Origin: Tubulanus polymorphus | Lineage: Eukaryota > Animalia > Nemertea | Assembly (NCBI RefSeq): GCF_964204645.1 | Contig: NC_134032.1 | Location: 3,496,175 to 3,560,174, forward strand | Direction of reading: 5' to 3' | DNA length: 64,000 nucleotides | Shown here: positions 1-12,650 of the stretch, in pieces | Numbering within the stretch: the stretch's first letter is position 1 | Layout of the letters: every line of letters starts with the position of its first letter | Translations under genes and position numbers: made by a program | Notes under the pieces: model-generated | Told to the model about the DNA's origin: nothing | Database searches by the model: none | The model's input: the letters and a program-made list of their open reading frames with translations, nothing else

Positions 1-137
1 TATACGAATCCGGGCCCCCTAACTCGAAAAAAACACGCACACGTGAACATACACACATGCATGCACGCACGCACGCACACACACACACGTAATAAACAGG
101 AGACATATATCAATCAGTATATGAAAGTATACATAAC

Positions 138-524
138 TTGTGGTCAGCCCTGGTTCTTTAGGTTCTTATTTTGTGGGCATTTTATCTCAAACCACCGAAA
201 GACTGAATTACTAATCAATTCAAAAGATCATTAATTAATGGAAATGAGGATCAGTGTTGAACTGATAGTCCTTAGTGTGTCTCTGGTATGGGTGCTTTGG
301 TACTTGGAATCATGTACACCGAATCTAATCTGTATCAAATTCTTTTTATTTTCACTACAGCCGTAATTGACTATGATGTTTTCAAGTGGTCTTAAGTACC
401 GCTAATAGCCGAATGTTGTTGATTTATGTAAAATTTACATACAGCGCCACCCGTTGGTAGTAAAACTAACCCGAGCAATACGGGTGTTAAATCGATACGC
501 TAGCAAACTGGCATTCTCATAATG
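138..524. mobile_element. Isolated right end of the same long-TIR (foldback) family found at 31622-38554
   Basis: Colinear with ~38173-38554 (ttgtggtcagccctggttc...gatacgctagcaaac(t/c)ggcattctcataatg); homology stops at the same terminal CATTCTCATAATG. Confidence 0.85.
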
Positions 525-1259
525 CATTAACCACTTGAAACTGCCAGATCAAACATCATACCGCATCCCCGCAAAGAGGGGTAGTTCAGCAAACCGGAGT
601 TTTCATTGGCCTCTCTAGACTACCCCACCAGTACGGGTAGCCCAACAAACCGGAAAACTCATAATGCGACTAAAGATGAATCCGCGGTCCAACAGATTTT
701 CATTTCGCGACCCGGCACATTGCAAATGCATACCAGCAATCATTTTTTTTTAAATATTGAAGTCGCCCATTAAAGCAATAGTGAATGTAAAAAAATTTCA
801 ATGGAGAATCCTTTCTAGTTTCACACCAAACGCCGAAGCTTCGGCAGGCGGCGTTCAGACCCTGGTAGGTGAGGATGCTGCGGAGCGGATTCGTTCAATT
901 TCAAATTGCCGGAGCAAACCTTATTTCGTCATGGCGGCTGAAATGAAATGATGAAAATGATGCTATAAAACTGAGAAACACTCCTAATAACTCTGGCTTT
1001 AATAAGGTAAATAGAAAGCGGAGGAGACAAACTGTAATCTGAACAGATTAAGATATAAGTTTCTCGTTTGGGAAGATTTGTTTTTTGTGGTGTAATGTCG
1101 TATTTATGCACGAATTCGACCTGGTTGAATGGGTTCTGGATGAAAACCTATTCAATTCAACATAGGCCTATTGTCAGGATATCATATTTAAACGATCGCA
1201 GTGGATATTTTACCGTATATGGCTGAGTGTTTATTTCCGCTAATTTACCATACATCGTC

Positions 1260-1420
1260 GCTGATTGGCTGATTTACACCACGCGTGCGCACAAAGCTGT
1301 GCGACTTAGAAAATTCAAGGAAAGTGGAGAACAGTGTTAGAGAAAATAGAGCGGATGGAGCGAGACTCAAACCCGGGCCAGTAAATAACTAGCGTAGCCT
1401 CATACCACTAGACCACCTAG
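1260..1420 (-). mobile_element. tRNA-derived SINE-like repeat
   Basis: Minus strand reads GGTGGTCTAGTGG (A box) ... GGTTTGAGTC (B-box-like); a related copy lies at ~22560-22705. Confidence 0.55.
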
Positions 1421-1535
1421 TCAGTATCCTGACCGTGGTTTAGTTTCACTATCGGATATTTTATTTTCACAAACCACAGTCAGGAATGGGAAGGTCATTT
1501 TTGTATGCAATCTTCATCGGTATCATCAATGAATA

Positions 1536-2628
1536 ATGTTACTATCATCGCCGTTACTACAACCCAGCGACTGTCATACGCTGCTAGGACACCAGCCTTT
1601 ATTACAGCCTTTAGAAGTTTCACGAGACGCGCTTATCTTCTCAACACACATTTACTTTGTTAGTGTTTCCACTCGGAAGTGTGTTCAACTTTCTGACAAT
1701 AATTCTACTGATAAAATGTCGCAGATACCAGACTGTTTATCAAGCTGAGCAACTTTCCATATTATTTGAAATACATCCTGGTTAAATTCCAATTTTACCC
1801 GAAAATATGTGGAGATAACTATATGACATTGTCAAAACATGGCAAACTGTGTTCATCATCATTGTACCATTTCTATTATTATTTTCAGTACATTCCTAAC
1901 AAATTCATTTCAAAATGTTTGTCGGTTAACATATCTTACAACCAAGCAATAGCAGTATCACACTACATAGTCTTAGCAATTGCTGTAGAAAGATTTGTTT
2001 CTATACGTTTTCCATTCTTTCATATGAGATATTTCACCTACAAACGGCGTGTAATCATAGTATATGGGGTCATCGTGTTTTCCTCAATCATAAACCTCGA
2101 TTCTTCGAGTAAAAGCATCTACATTTATCTCAATGCGGTTCGTAGATATAACGAAACCTTCACTCAATTCAGTTGCAAGCAGTCTTATAAGATGGACCAA
2201 TTTCATTATGTCATTATAAAAATGGCAAGAGTATTCTTTCAGGAGATATTTCCGGCCATTGCGATCATCATAGCATCAATTCTAACTGGTTTATCACGTG
2301 ATCAGAAATCTATTAGGCCTATGTTGAATAGAACGGGGGCAGAACGCTTTCGGTCATCGACCAGTAAAACACTTCTAGTTGTCATTTTAGTCTATATAAT
2401 TTGTGTACTACCCAGCACTGTCACTAAATTCACGCATAACAACGAATTCCTCATGTATGTGATCTGGATAAACCATCGTATTAATTTTACGGATCCCCTA
2501 CTAGAACGTTTTACCTAATAGTTTTGTGGCGTGAATTAGAAGGGATATTCTACGGATTTCGAAACGTCTTGTTCTGCGTAAACCTTTTTATATATTTCGG
2601 TACGTTACAAGTTTTTAGAAGACAATAA
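1536..2628 (+). pseudogene. Frameshifted intronless class A (rhodopsin-like) GPCR
   Basis: ORF 1766-2518 has TM3 LAIAVERF and TM4-6. A TM1-like segment (LLVFPLGSVFNFLTIILLI) lies upstream in another frame. TM7/helix 8 (NLFIYFGTLQVFRRQ) follows a frameshift at ~2512 and ends at a MITE. Confidence 0.75.
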
Positions 2629-3224
2629 ACCATTTTACAGTTGCTAGCCGCCATTTTGTTAGGGTACTTTTGTCCCGTATGGTTGGGTCGTTTCTTTCTC
2701 TTTTTAAAAACTATCCGTGATGTGTGTTGTATCATACTTCATCTGTCCATGGATGGATTTTGACAGTTCCAGCAACATTCAAACTGCGTAAATCTCTAGT
2801 TTTCAGTTATGTAAGAATCATTTTTTTAAAATCTCTATCTTAAAATTTCAAAGTTCACCTGAAAGGGGGCATTTATGCGCACAGTTATTGAAATGTTTGG
2901 ATTTTTTAGAAAATCATTTCTGAAAATAACGAACTTCAAAGTTCAGTACCCTTGATTTCTATGCGCACGGAAAAAACTGACCGCCAATTTTTATATCGCT
3001 CTCATGTCGCATTGTTGCAAATTTAAAGAATGGTTTTTACATAACTGAAAACTAGAGATTTATGCGGTTTGAATGTTGCTGAAACTGTCAAAATCCATCC
3101 ATGGGCAGATGAAATATGATACAACACACTTCACGGATAGCTTTTAAAAAAGAGAAAAAATGATCCAACAATACGGGACAAAAGTACCCTAACAAAATGG
3201 CGGCTAGCAACTGTAAAATGGTTT
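2627..3224. mobile_element. MITE with ~190-bp terminal inverted repeats
   Basis: aaaccattttacagttgctagccgccattttgttagggtac... (2627-~2815) is the reverse complement of ~3038-3224. Confidence 0.85.
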
Positions 3225-3329
3225 TTTCTATAAAACTGTTCTATTACAATACTGATTCATGAAATAAAACGCAATCATCAAATACAAATACTTTCGATCT
3301 TTTACTCGGATATTGGTATAATAGTTTTC

Positions 3330-3670
3330 TTACATAATTGAGCCCCAGTTACTGATAGATTGATTGAAAACTTACAGTTATGTATCGGTGACGATGGAAT
3401 AATACATTCAAAGGGCAGAATCGACGATGCTGACATTTCTGATTTGGCAAAGAGACCTATCCTATTTCGTTGCCAAAGTATCACAAATTTGTGGATTTGG
3501 TGATTTTGAGATCACATTCTTGAATTTTCATCTACGTGTAAATGCTACCATCGCCGAGGTACGAACTCGTTATTGAATTCCAGATCTCAGACAGCGCGTT
3601 AAAACGTAATTAAAGCCATGTTTTAAATGCAAGTGTATTCAGGGTCAACCTTCCACTACATCTGCCTTTG
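3330..3670 (+). pseudogene. BEL/Pao LTR-retrotransposon pol fragment (integrase zinc-binding region)
   Basis: Degenerate translation DDGIIHSKGRI..PIL/LPKYHKFVDLVI..H..VNATIAEVRTRY*IP..RQRVK..LKPCFKCK..QGQP, with stops and a frameshift. Confidence 0.75.
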
Positions 3671-3874
3671 AATAGCAATCGAGTAGTATCGGTTCTAGCA
3701 GTCGAGTAGTATCGGTCCCATATTTCGATTATACGGATTTAGATTACTTAGGCCCTCTTGTGATAAAGTCTGGTCATAGTGAATCGAAATGCTACGCATG
3801 CCTTTTATATGTGTCGACCTATCGGTCGTGCTATGGTGGCTGATTCGGGACATGTAAAATTTTTTTTCGTCCTC

Positions 3875-5290
3875 CACGAAAACGCGCAAAAACAAATCTG
3901 ACCGCGCAAAAACAAATATTACTGCGCAAAAACAAACTTATAACGCGCAAAAACGATAATCCGAAAATTTTTTTTGATCGCCAGCGGTCGTGAACTTAAA
4001 AAATATTACGCCTGCAGGTATGCTGTCGCCATCTATTAGATCAAACAGTTTCTATGTGATAACTTGTTAGATCTACCTAGTCCCACCCCTAATTAACATA
4101 CGATTTGAATATAAATTGGAACTGGTAGAACAATCTGAAAATAGCTTTTTCAATCTAACCCTACTATTTAACCCAACTGGTGAAACATTGCAAAATGTTC
4201 AATAGGGTTAGTCATAGGACAAATAGAGATCTAAACGACGTAAAGCAATGTAAACAAACAAACAACGTCAAATTTCATTTATTTTTATTAATTCTGTATC
4301 TACAAATCTTACGCATGGTCTAATATGGGAATTGTTTTTTTTTACTTTAATATAACGGGCACGGTATTTATATCTAACACGTTCGTACCAAGTGCTGCAG
4401 ATTCCAATTAGATATTCTGCTAGAAATGTCTCTCAGAAAATGAATCTTTCAGAAATGAAGATAAATATCTGTATTTAGGCTAAAAAAAATTGATACCTTG
4501 TTTCTCCGCTCTGCTGAGCTTAAATGTTGACTCGGCCGGCCGCCTATCTACCCTATACATTACTTTTTTTTAAATCGTGATCAATTTTACCATAACAGAC
4601 CCGGCCGCTGTAGAAATGAACTGTTTACAAATTTTATCATATTTTACAAAAATGACCCGGCCGCTGCGGAGAAACAAGGTATCATTTTTGTTTAGCCTTA
4701 AGGTAGAAAACTAGCAGAAAGTGATGCCGATATTTTTCTTAGTATTTTGAAAGGTTTTGTGACACCGTAAAAACCGATACGATATGTTAACATACATTAA
4801 TAACTACCACGCGTTATTAATATGGTTGTGTGTTGGCTGGTGTGCCTACGTTATCAATATATAATGGGGCTAGACTGGTTGCCGGTCAATCATATTCAAC
4901 TATCGGTATTTTCAACAATAAAACTTCATTGTATTGTGATCAATCGAAGACGATAATAACAAACGATATATGCATATATTTATTCATCAAGGGGTCGTCA
5001 ACTTGAATCAAGTTAGTTTTTCTTTGAAATCAATTAATACAACTACATAGATTAATCATTTCTTAAGTTACCGTTTAATTTAATAGATGGCGACAGCGTG
5101 ACATCATAGTAGCGCGCGTAAATTATCTAAATATATGTTTTTTTCGCGTTACTTGACGACCGCGAAAAACAAAGTTTTAGCGCGCAAAAACGTTATATTC
5201 CGTTTTGCGCTTAAAGTTTGTTTTTGCGGGCGCGCAGAAACAAATCTTACCGCGCTAAGACGGAGTATTTCGTTTTTGAGCGTTTTACTA
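3875..5290. mobile_element. Degenerate non-autonomous DNA transposon with inverted subterminal CGCGCAAAAACAAA repeats
   Basis: Clusters of cgcgcaaaaaca at 3883-3955 and, in mixed orientation, 5145-5285; ctgtcgccatctatta (4023) is inverted at 5081. Ends are not defined. Confidence 0.45.
4478..4698. mobile_element. PIF/Harbinger-like MITE
   Basis: TIRs ggctaaaaaaaattgataccttgtttctccgc / gcggagaaacaaggtatcatttttgtttagcc flanked by TTA/TAA-type sequence. Confidence 0.75.
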
Positions 5291-5299
5291 TTTTGAGCG

Positions 5300-5479
5300 A
5301 GGGACTACGTTTGACTATAAACTCCCGTTGAACTCTATTTTCAGCCAAATAACTAGTATAAAATAACTACTTTTACATCGGCCAATGAAGTCTTGAATGA
5401 GATAATTACTCGCATGAGGTTGCTAGTTATTTGGCTGAAAATAGAGTTCAACGGGAGTTTATAGTCAAACGTAGTCCCT
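5300..5479. mobile_element. Palindromic MITE
   Basis: ~57-bp perfect inverted arms agggactacgtttgactataaactcccg...aactag / ctagtt...cgtagtccct. Confidence 0.8.
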
Positions 5480-7333
5480 GGCAAGGGTTTTTTATGAGCG
5501 GCTAGTGGACTTGGTTAAAGGCATGAACAAAAAGATTTTATGCATATTACTTGCTTTATTTAAACTTACTTTATTTACTTGCATTACTGGTATTTGTTTG
5601 TCATTCGGGAACAAAACTTCCCTCCCGCGTCTGCTCTATAAGTCTCGGGTTGAGCTTTTTATTTCAACTTTTTATTTAAAAAAAAAACCAATAAAAGTAG
5701 AATTCGCCCGCCCTCGTCATAGAAGAGAATCTGATGAGAAACTAGTGTATTTCTGTGTGGCCTAACAGACTTGAGCCATTTATTAATGGGGTACCCGCGA
5801 AACCAGCTATCCCACCAGATGGCGCAACAAGCAGTAGGTCGTTCGTTGTCAAAATTAGTTCATTTTCAATGACATTTGAACTGGATTTTTGAACTCCTCA
5901 ATCCATATACTATCACAGCACCTACCAATATACAATACTTTCATTCTTCTTATCGGATGTCGGTAAAGTTTCCATAAATGATTCATTCATTTAAGAGAAA
6001 AGTTAATTTAGGTTTAATTGAAATGTAGACGAAATCGAACGTGGACGACCAACTATCTACTAGCGACACCTGGCGGATCCTCGCCTGCCATACGTGGAAT
6101 CCTCGATTGCCACAGTAGCACTGCGGGTACCCCATTACTGTCAGTAAGTCAGATTCGGTTCGGAAAAAGACACCTTTAAGTATCCACGTCGCGTTTATTA
6201 GAGACGTCCGCCCGTCCATTTAACCCTGGTCTATTCATGGTCTATTCAGACTGCCCATTTTTGCAAATGACACACTCGACGTATGTGTTAAGGAGATGAA
6301 GCGAAATATCCCCGACAAAAATCGACTTAAGAAGTGCCTCGTTTCTCGATAATTACCGAATCTTTGTGTTCAATATTTATTCACTGCTCGACGATTATGC
6401 TATTCCCGAAAGTAATTTGAATTGTTCTACAAACAAATTAATTCAAAACCATACATATTGTCATACGAATGAGAGCCATACATGTCTTATACTTCGGTAA
6501 AGTTGAGACTTGTAAGATAGTCTACCCCGAGTGAAGTTTAAAGGGGTGTTCACACGACATCGTTAAGACCGGCCTAAACTTGGTCCGGTCCAGTTTGACC
6601 AGCCCAAGCGTTCACACGAGCAAACATTCCATTCCGAATTTGCCTTTTCCATTTTAGACCGGTTTTTGACGGACCTAAAAGAGCGAACCCAGGTCCGATC
6701 CAAATTTTTGAACGGACTATTCTGTGGTTGGAACTGGCACGAGGTCCGGTCTAAATCGTATTCTGTGGTATGAATTCAACTGTATTAAACTCGTCACCAA
6801 TTCGACATCCAGCTGATCAGCATAGTTTTTAGATTACATATAATTTCTATATTGCCTAAACGTTAATTTCTTTACTAACGGATTATTATTTATCTTAAAA
6901 TCCGAGCGTGTGTTTCTCGTTCAAATTTAGACTGTTACTGGTACAACGTTTACATGAAACATATTGTCAGATATCACCTTTAAGTGGCCAGCCCTCTCAG
7001 AGGGAACCGTGGTAAAATAATTATTACCACAGTTCGTACCGACAACAATACCTGCAAATCCATGACACGCCTAGATGAAAGTGCCAATCAAAATCTTACA
7101 CTTAACTCACTACTGATAGGTGAGTGTTGGAGCGTGAAATTTGACAAGTCACTTGGCTCTATAATAATAATTCTCAACCAAGTCAGAATATTGTAAGATG
7201 GCCAGCCATTGCATTCATACATGTTTTCATTCGGTCTTTTTTCGTATGAAGGTCAAAGAATTTAAAGACGTATAAAGATATCGAAAGGTGTCAATACGTA
7301 CGTATTTCGTTTTGCCTCCAAGAATTCTCATAA

Positions 7334-7964
7334 GGCCACACACAAAAATCCTGTTTCTCGGCTGGGCAATCACCAAAATGGGTAGGTCGGTAGGGAATTT
7401 TTTTTTCTTTGTATATAAAAAAATATTTCGGGTATTCTTCTGACAGCGGGTAGGTCGCCGTAAATAATTTTGACGGGACCAAATTTCCAGTTAAAAATAG
7501 GATTAGCAGCTAGACGACCACAATAATAAAGGGAAGTTGATGTTTTTTTGTATTATATTTCACACTTGGAAACTGTTTATAAAAAGGAAAACATCAAAAT
7601 CTTGAATAGGCGTATAATATATTGTATACGGAATTCCTGGAATTTTACAATCCAAGGTCGCCAATATCTGATTAGCATCGTTGTCTATATCCAGTATAAG
7701 ATTGTTAAATCCGATGTAATAAGATATTTTTATCATGTCGTCTCGGTGCCGACATCACGATTTCACGAAAAAGAAAAAATATTTACGAGAATGGAGAGCT
7801 TTGTAGTCGGTCGGCCACATATATATTTTTGAAAATAGTCATTTAATCCACAATTTTGAAATAGGGTCGGTAGGCAATTTTATTTTATTTCGAAAATGGT
7901 TATTTCAAATGACAAAATATTGGATCGGTCGGGCCCGAGAAACAGGGTTTTCTTTTGGTGTGCC
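7334..7964. mobile_element. PIF/Harbinger-like MITE related to 4478-4698
   Basis: taa|ggccacacacaaaaatcctgtttctcgg ... ccgagaaacagggttttcttttggtgtgcc|taa, with a TAA duplication and internal ggtcggtagg motifs. Confidence 0.7.
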
Positions 7965-10249
7965 TAAGGATTGAGTTGAGACACATGAAAGACACAAGTC
8001 AGTCTGTTCTTAAAGTGATTTTTCCTATAAAATGACGGTACTGTAGACAAATAACTGAATTTAGTGAATCGAGTAAGGTGGTTGATTTGAACACTGTCAT
8101 AGTCATGGCCGAGAGACCAAAAATGACGAGTCAGGAGTCTAGCTGAAGGTTCGAATTTATTTGACAAAATTGGAATCGGGACATACAAAATTAGCTTACA
8201 AACAGGTAGAAAAGTATTGTTCCCGAAACGCAGGTCTAGTGAATATTAACAAACACATTTATATCACAAGACAAATGCATGGTGGATGCATTCCTTGAGC
8301 CGTGAATCAGCTTATAATATTTGTGACCTACTGGCTACGCCTTAATCATTATACACCTCGATCTTTACACTTCTAACTGAATAGAAATAATGAGATTTCA
8401 ACTGAACGCTGTTAAATATCTCCACAGATCTTACAGTGAACGCAGTTGAAATCAGTTTTTATTTTATAACATTGACCGTGGGAATTAGCTTCTTCAACAT
8501 CGTTTAAAATGTTACCATTAGTGGCCGCGACTCGTATTACAGTACATGAAACTTTTTAATGAAATGGCGCATCCCTGCTCCTCGTCACGAATTCAGTATA
8601 ATATTCTTTATCAATACATGTAATACGCGCGTAGGAAAGATGACCAAAAGAACACATTCTAACAAAATAATCTAATGCAAGATTACATATCGTAGAAATA
8701 AACCAAGTTCAGGTTTCCGGGGTAGCTCTATTTAACTGATTCGTTAAGTTTTTGATTAAATTAGTAAGTTAAAAATTGATCACATTGTGCAATGCTAAGA
8801 TGCTCTCTACAATAACGAGGAAAGAGATTGATTCCGGGGTAGCTCGAACGAATTAACGCTGTAATTTTCATTTTATTTCACAAGACAGCGTGGGTATAAA
8901 AATGTTTAAGCACAAACCGTGTCACAAAAAAAATTCGACGACTTTATTATGAGGGAACATGAAAAAATCGAGAAAAGCAATAGAAGATTTGACAAGACAA
9001 TGAAAAGAAGAGGAGGCAGAGAATTTAGGGGAAGTTTGGAGATTCTTGTTTCAAGGTCTGGACACGCAGGAGCCGTGGCAACCCGATCAGATGTACGTGT
9101 GACGTGTCTCTGGCTCGTCAATCCCGCCAGTATAAAATTACCGCACGCACGACGTCGGTTCATCTTCGTTTGCCGGACATTAAGGCAGAGCTTCTGTTTT
9201 TGCGGCAAGAATCTGGACATAAAACCGTATGTTTTACCTTAAAAGAAAACTTTCGCTTAGTGACAAACTTGGCATACAAATTTCATTGGATTATGACGGG
9301 TTAGTGTAAAAAATCAGATAATATTCGTTTTTGACGACATCTACACTTTCTAACTGCTAGCTGCATTAGGATCGCAACTTACACAAAAGGTTTTTTTGAA
9401 AACCTCAATGCGCTCTCAGGAAGGTAAAACTAAAACTTAATTAAATCTGGAATGAGCCACTTCTCCGCTGAATATAGGGTTGCCATGACATAGAATAATT
9501 TGTAAAACCTTACAAAATACCGATAATTGATGGAACACTATATGTAAATATCAGACAGTTCCGTGATTTTTTAAACGATGCTTGAACCTTTCAAAAGTAC
9601 GAATTTGAAAATTTGAATGCCTATATTCTCCAGGTCAATCATTCTCATTCATGGGAAATTATATATTTTCAGAAATTCACTTATATTTTTTACAAATTCC
9701 ATACTAAATCTTATTATCTCCCATATAATGATCCCTGTACGCAGTACATGAAAAAAATCTGAATTTCCCGTACAAGCATAGTTTAACAGGTATGCAGAAT
9801 AACATTTTTCCTTCTGTCTTTACGAGCGTGCAATCGGACTACTTGGAATAATTCATCTGTCCCATTGTGTTGAATTTGTATAATATTGACATCAATCGCT
9901 GGGGTTCGATTATCTTTTTGGAACCAATTACATTGAATTGCATTACTCAGATATTTCATGTCATTTAACTAACCAATAGTTTCACTTGTTTCTAAATTTT
10001 GCAAAAGAAAATTTTATTTTTCTATAAGTGATATTCCCGGGGTACCAGTCAATGGATGCACTGTATTGGCGTAAAGAAACATGATCCAGAAATATATCTA
10101 AACTTTATCCTTAACGCATGAAACATACTTTAAAAATATCAAAACCTACCGTGTCAGAGGCTTCCCGTATGAAAGTGGTAAGAAAAATAAATTCAAAAAG
10201 AAAGAATGCGTGTGTCACTGAGACAGGTTATTTATAGTATTACTGTTTC

Positions 10250-10800
10250 AGTCCCCTCGCCGTTACGTATCTCCTGCAGTGAAATATAACCCAGTTCACA
10301 TGTTCGGACACTGTGATATCGTCCAGTTTCAAAACGAAGATGGCGGGACCTAAGGCGTAATTCGGAGAATTCGCGGCGATTTGTGAAGTTTTTGGCAAGA
10401 AAATGATTTCTTTAATAAAGCGTGATTTAAATAGTTTGTAGGATTGGTGTTTTGGGTTTATTGTTTGAGTCGTTCATTTCATTGAGCTAGATGAATAAAG
10501 GGCTTTCATTTTAGATTAGAGAAGATTAATTATTTGTTGGGATGGTTTAAACCGATTGAACCAAACACCTGAGAGGTCGTGGCATCCTAGAAGTGAGTGG
10601 AGATTTGTGCACCAGTTCTGGGTAGAGTGCATAGACATTAGGTCTTCATGATATGCTTTATATACCATTGTCGAAATGTTTATTTTAGAGATGCGCAGCC
10701 AGTATTTGACCGTAGTGGCAAGAAGGTACAAGCAGCTGCATTAATAGAGCGTTTCTTTACGCCGAGTAGATACTTGCCTAATTTGATGAACGATTTTCGC
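10250..10800 (-). pseudogene. Non-LTR (LINE) retrotransposon 3' ORF fragment
   Basis: ORF 10516-10731 VKYWLRI...VYKAY...NW...LL...LSGVW resembles the post-RT region of invertebrate LINEs; degraded. Confidence 0.5.
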
Positions 10801-11699
10801 AGGGTAGATAGTTTCATAATATTGTAAAAGCGAGATGGGTATATTACACAGGGGATTGGTTACAGCCAGACATTACTTGCCAGATCATTCATTCAATCTA
10901 TAAATGTCCGAAGCTACGATCAAGTTACCGATGGAAATTCATTCATTATAAAAGGGAGCCTATGCAATGTAATTCAATGGTTATAGCATCTTATAGAGCA
11001 GATATTCATGTGATGTCATGGTTATAAAAAGGCAGGACCGCGACGAGTGAGGGTTCGGGGTAGCAGACGAACCACCTTAAATTTTTCAAAATTAACATAT
11101 ATTTGTCATGTTTTTTTTTCTTTGATAAGCCTTTGATAAATGATAAGCCTTAGCTTTGTTTCTCATCTTCTTCCAGCGGACCGAATTTCAGCTATTCCGA
11201 CCGTTCCAACTATAAGTGGATGATAGATGTGAGTATATTTCGCAAGATTTCTGATATTTTATTCGTGCCAAATTGTGTCAACCATAAAGTAACTTTATTT
11301 CTCTAACGGTAAATAGCTATCAAGAATAAGACTGTATTCCTATCAAATTAATTAAACAAATATGCGAGAGTGCACCATCAATCCTATATGGCGAATAGTT
11401 TGACAGTATCTCTAATGAATGAAGAATAGCTATCACCAGTAAGACTTGTAAATAAGACATTTTGTAACCACACGGATCTCTTTCTCGTGAAATTAATTTA
11501 TCGATTCATCAGAGAATGCAGCCATTCCATGCAGCGGAGACGACCATCCATTAATATTACATGGAAGTATGAGGATTAAGATTTGGATGCTAATTTGATT
11601 TGCTAGAATTTGAAGGCAAACAAGAAATTACAATAGGATATAACATTTAGAAGTTTCTAATAGATCTGTAACTCCTAACGTGCTACTTGTTGATCCGAG

Positions 11700-12650
11700 A
11701 TGAATTATACTGAGATGCACTTAGTTGGACGACCTTACAGCGGTTACATCGTTCTAATGGCATTGGTGAACAAGTCTGGCACCTACCGTACAGTTTCATT
11801 GGTCATACTGCTTGTCATGTTCTTGTTAGGAGCGTTTGGAAATTCGGCTACATTCCTGATAATGATAAGTCGCAGATTCCGCAGTTTATCTTACGCTAAC
11901 TACCTGATCGCTTTGTCTATCAGTGATTTAGTGTTCTGTGTTGGTTTTACGCTGATGCCTATTTTACAGTTTGTTCACTTTAGTCTAAATACTGCTCAAA
12001 TAATTTTGGTAGATTCACTGATCAGTTGTCAAATATACGAATTCTTAATAAATTCGATGGGCGCCAATAGTGCCTGGTTAATAGTAGCGATATCTCTAGA
12101 ACGTGCGGCAGTTGTTCTCTTCCCGTTCACATCTCGTTTGATATGTACACCCAGATTCGCCCGATGCGTCATTGCTTTTTTGTCCACAATAAATGCATTC
12201 GTAATTGGTGTTCATCCAGTAGCAACAATGAAATTTATTTATCCTTTCGGATGTTACTACAAGTCTTGGGACCAAACCTTACTTTTTATGATATGTGTAA
12301 TATACGTTTTTCTTCTGCCATTAACTTTCATATTAATATCAAATTCTGTCATAATAATTCAGTTATTCAAGGGTTCAAAAATGGTTTCGTCCGATCAGAA
12401 AACTACAAAATCAAAACGTACAACAATAATGCTTCTAACAGTTTCACTCGCATTTGCAACTTTTACACTGCCAAACTCGCTGGTCGTACTTTTACAAATC
12501 TCACCGGAACATACAGACTTCCTCATAGATATTTCCTCCCAGTTCGAATCATGTAATTATGTCATCAATTTCTACGTATACCTTTTACTGGGACAAGAAA
12601 TTCGTGAATATTTCTGTATGAAAATCCGCTGTAGAAATTCATTAGAATAA
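11700..12650 (+). CDS. Intronless class A (rhodopsin-like) GPCR, peptide-receptor-like/chemosensory type, 316 aa
   Basis: Seven hydrophobic helices; GN in TM1 (LGAFGN), LSISD in TM2, Cys then ISLERA in TM3, TLP in TM6, NFYVY in TM7; N-glycosylation sequon NYT at the N-terminus. Confidence 0.92.
   Translation: MNYTEMHLVGRPYSGYIVLMALVNKSGTYRTVSLVILLVMFLLGAFGNSATFLIMISRRFRSLSYANYLIALSISDLVFCVGFTLMPILQFVHFSLNTAQIILVDSLISCQIYEFLINSMGANSAWLIVAISLERAAVVLFPFTSRLICTPRFARCVIAFLSTINAFVIGVHPVATMKFIYPFGCYYKSWDQTLLFMICVIYVFLLPLTFILISNSVIIIQLFKGSKMVSSDQKTTKSKRTTIMLLTVSLAFATFTLPNSLVVLLQISPEHTDFLIDISSQFESCNYVINFYVYLLLGQEIREYFCMKIRCRNSLE

Noticed and set aside
1345-1420. tRNA gene
   Set aside because: A/B boxes are present but there is no complete cloverleaf; treated as a SINE head.
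8906-9304. Overlapping ~100-aa ORFs on both strands
   Set aside because: No recognisable domain or splice context; likely chance ORFs in a repeat fragment.
12143-12556. 137-aa ORF overlapping the GPCR
   Set aside because: Alternative frame of a clear GPCR gene with no recognisable features.
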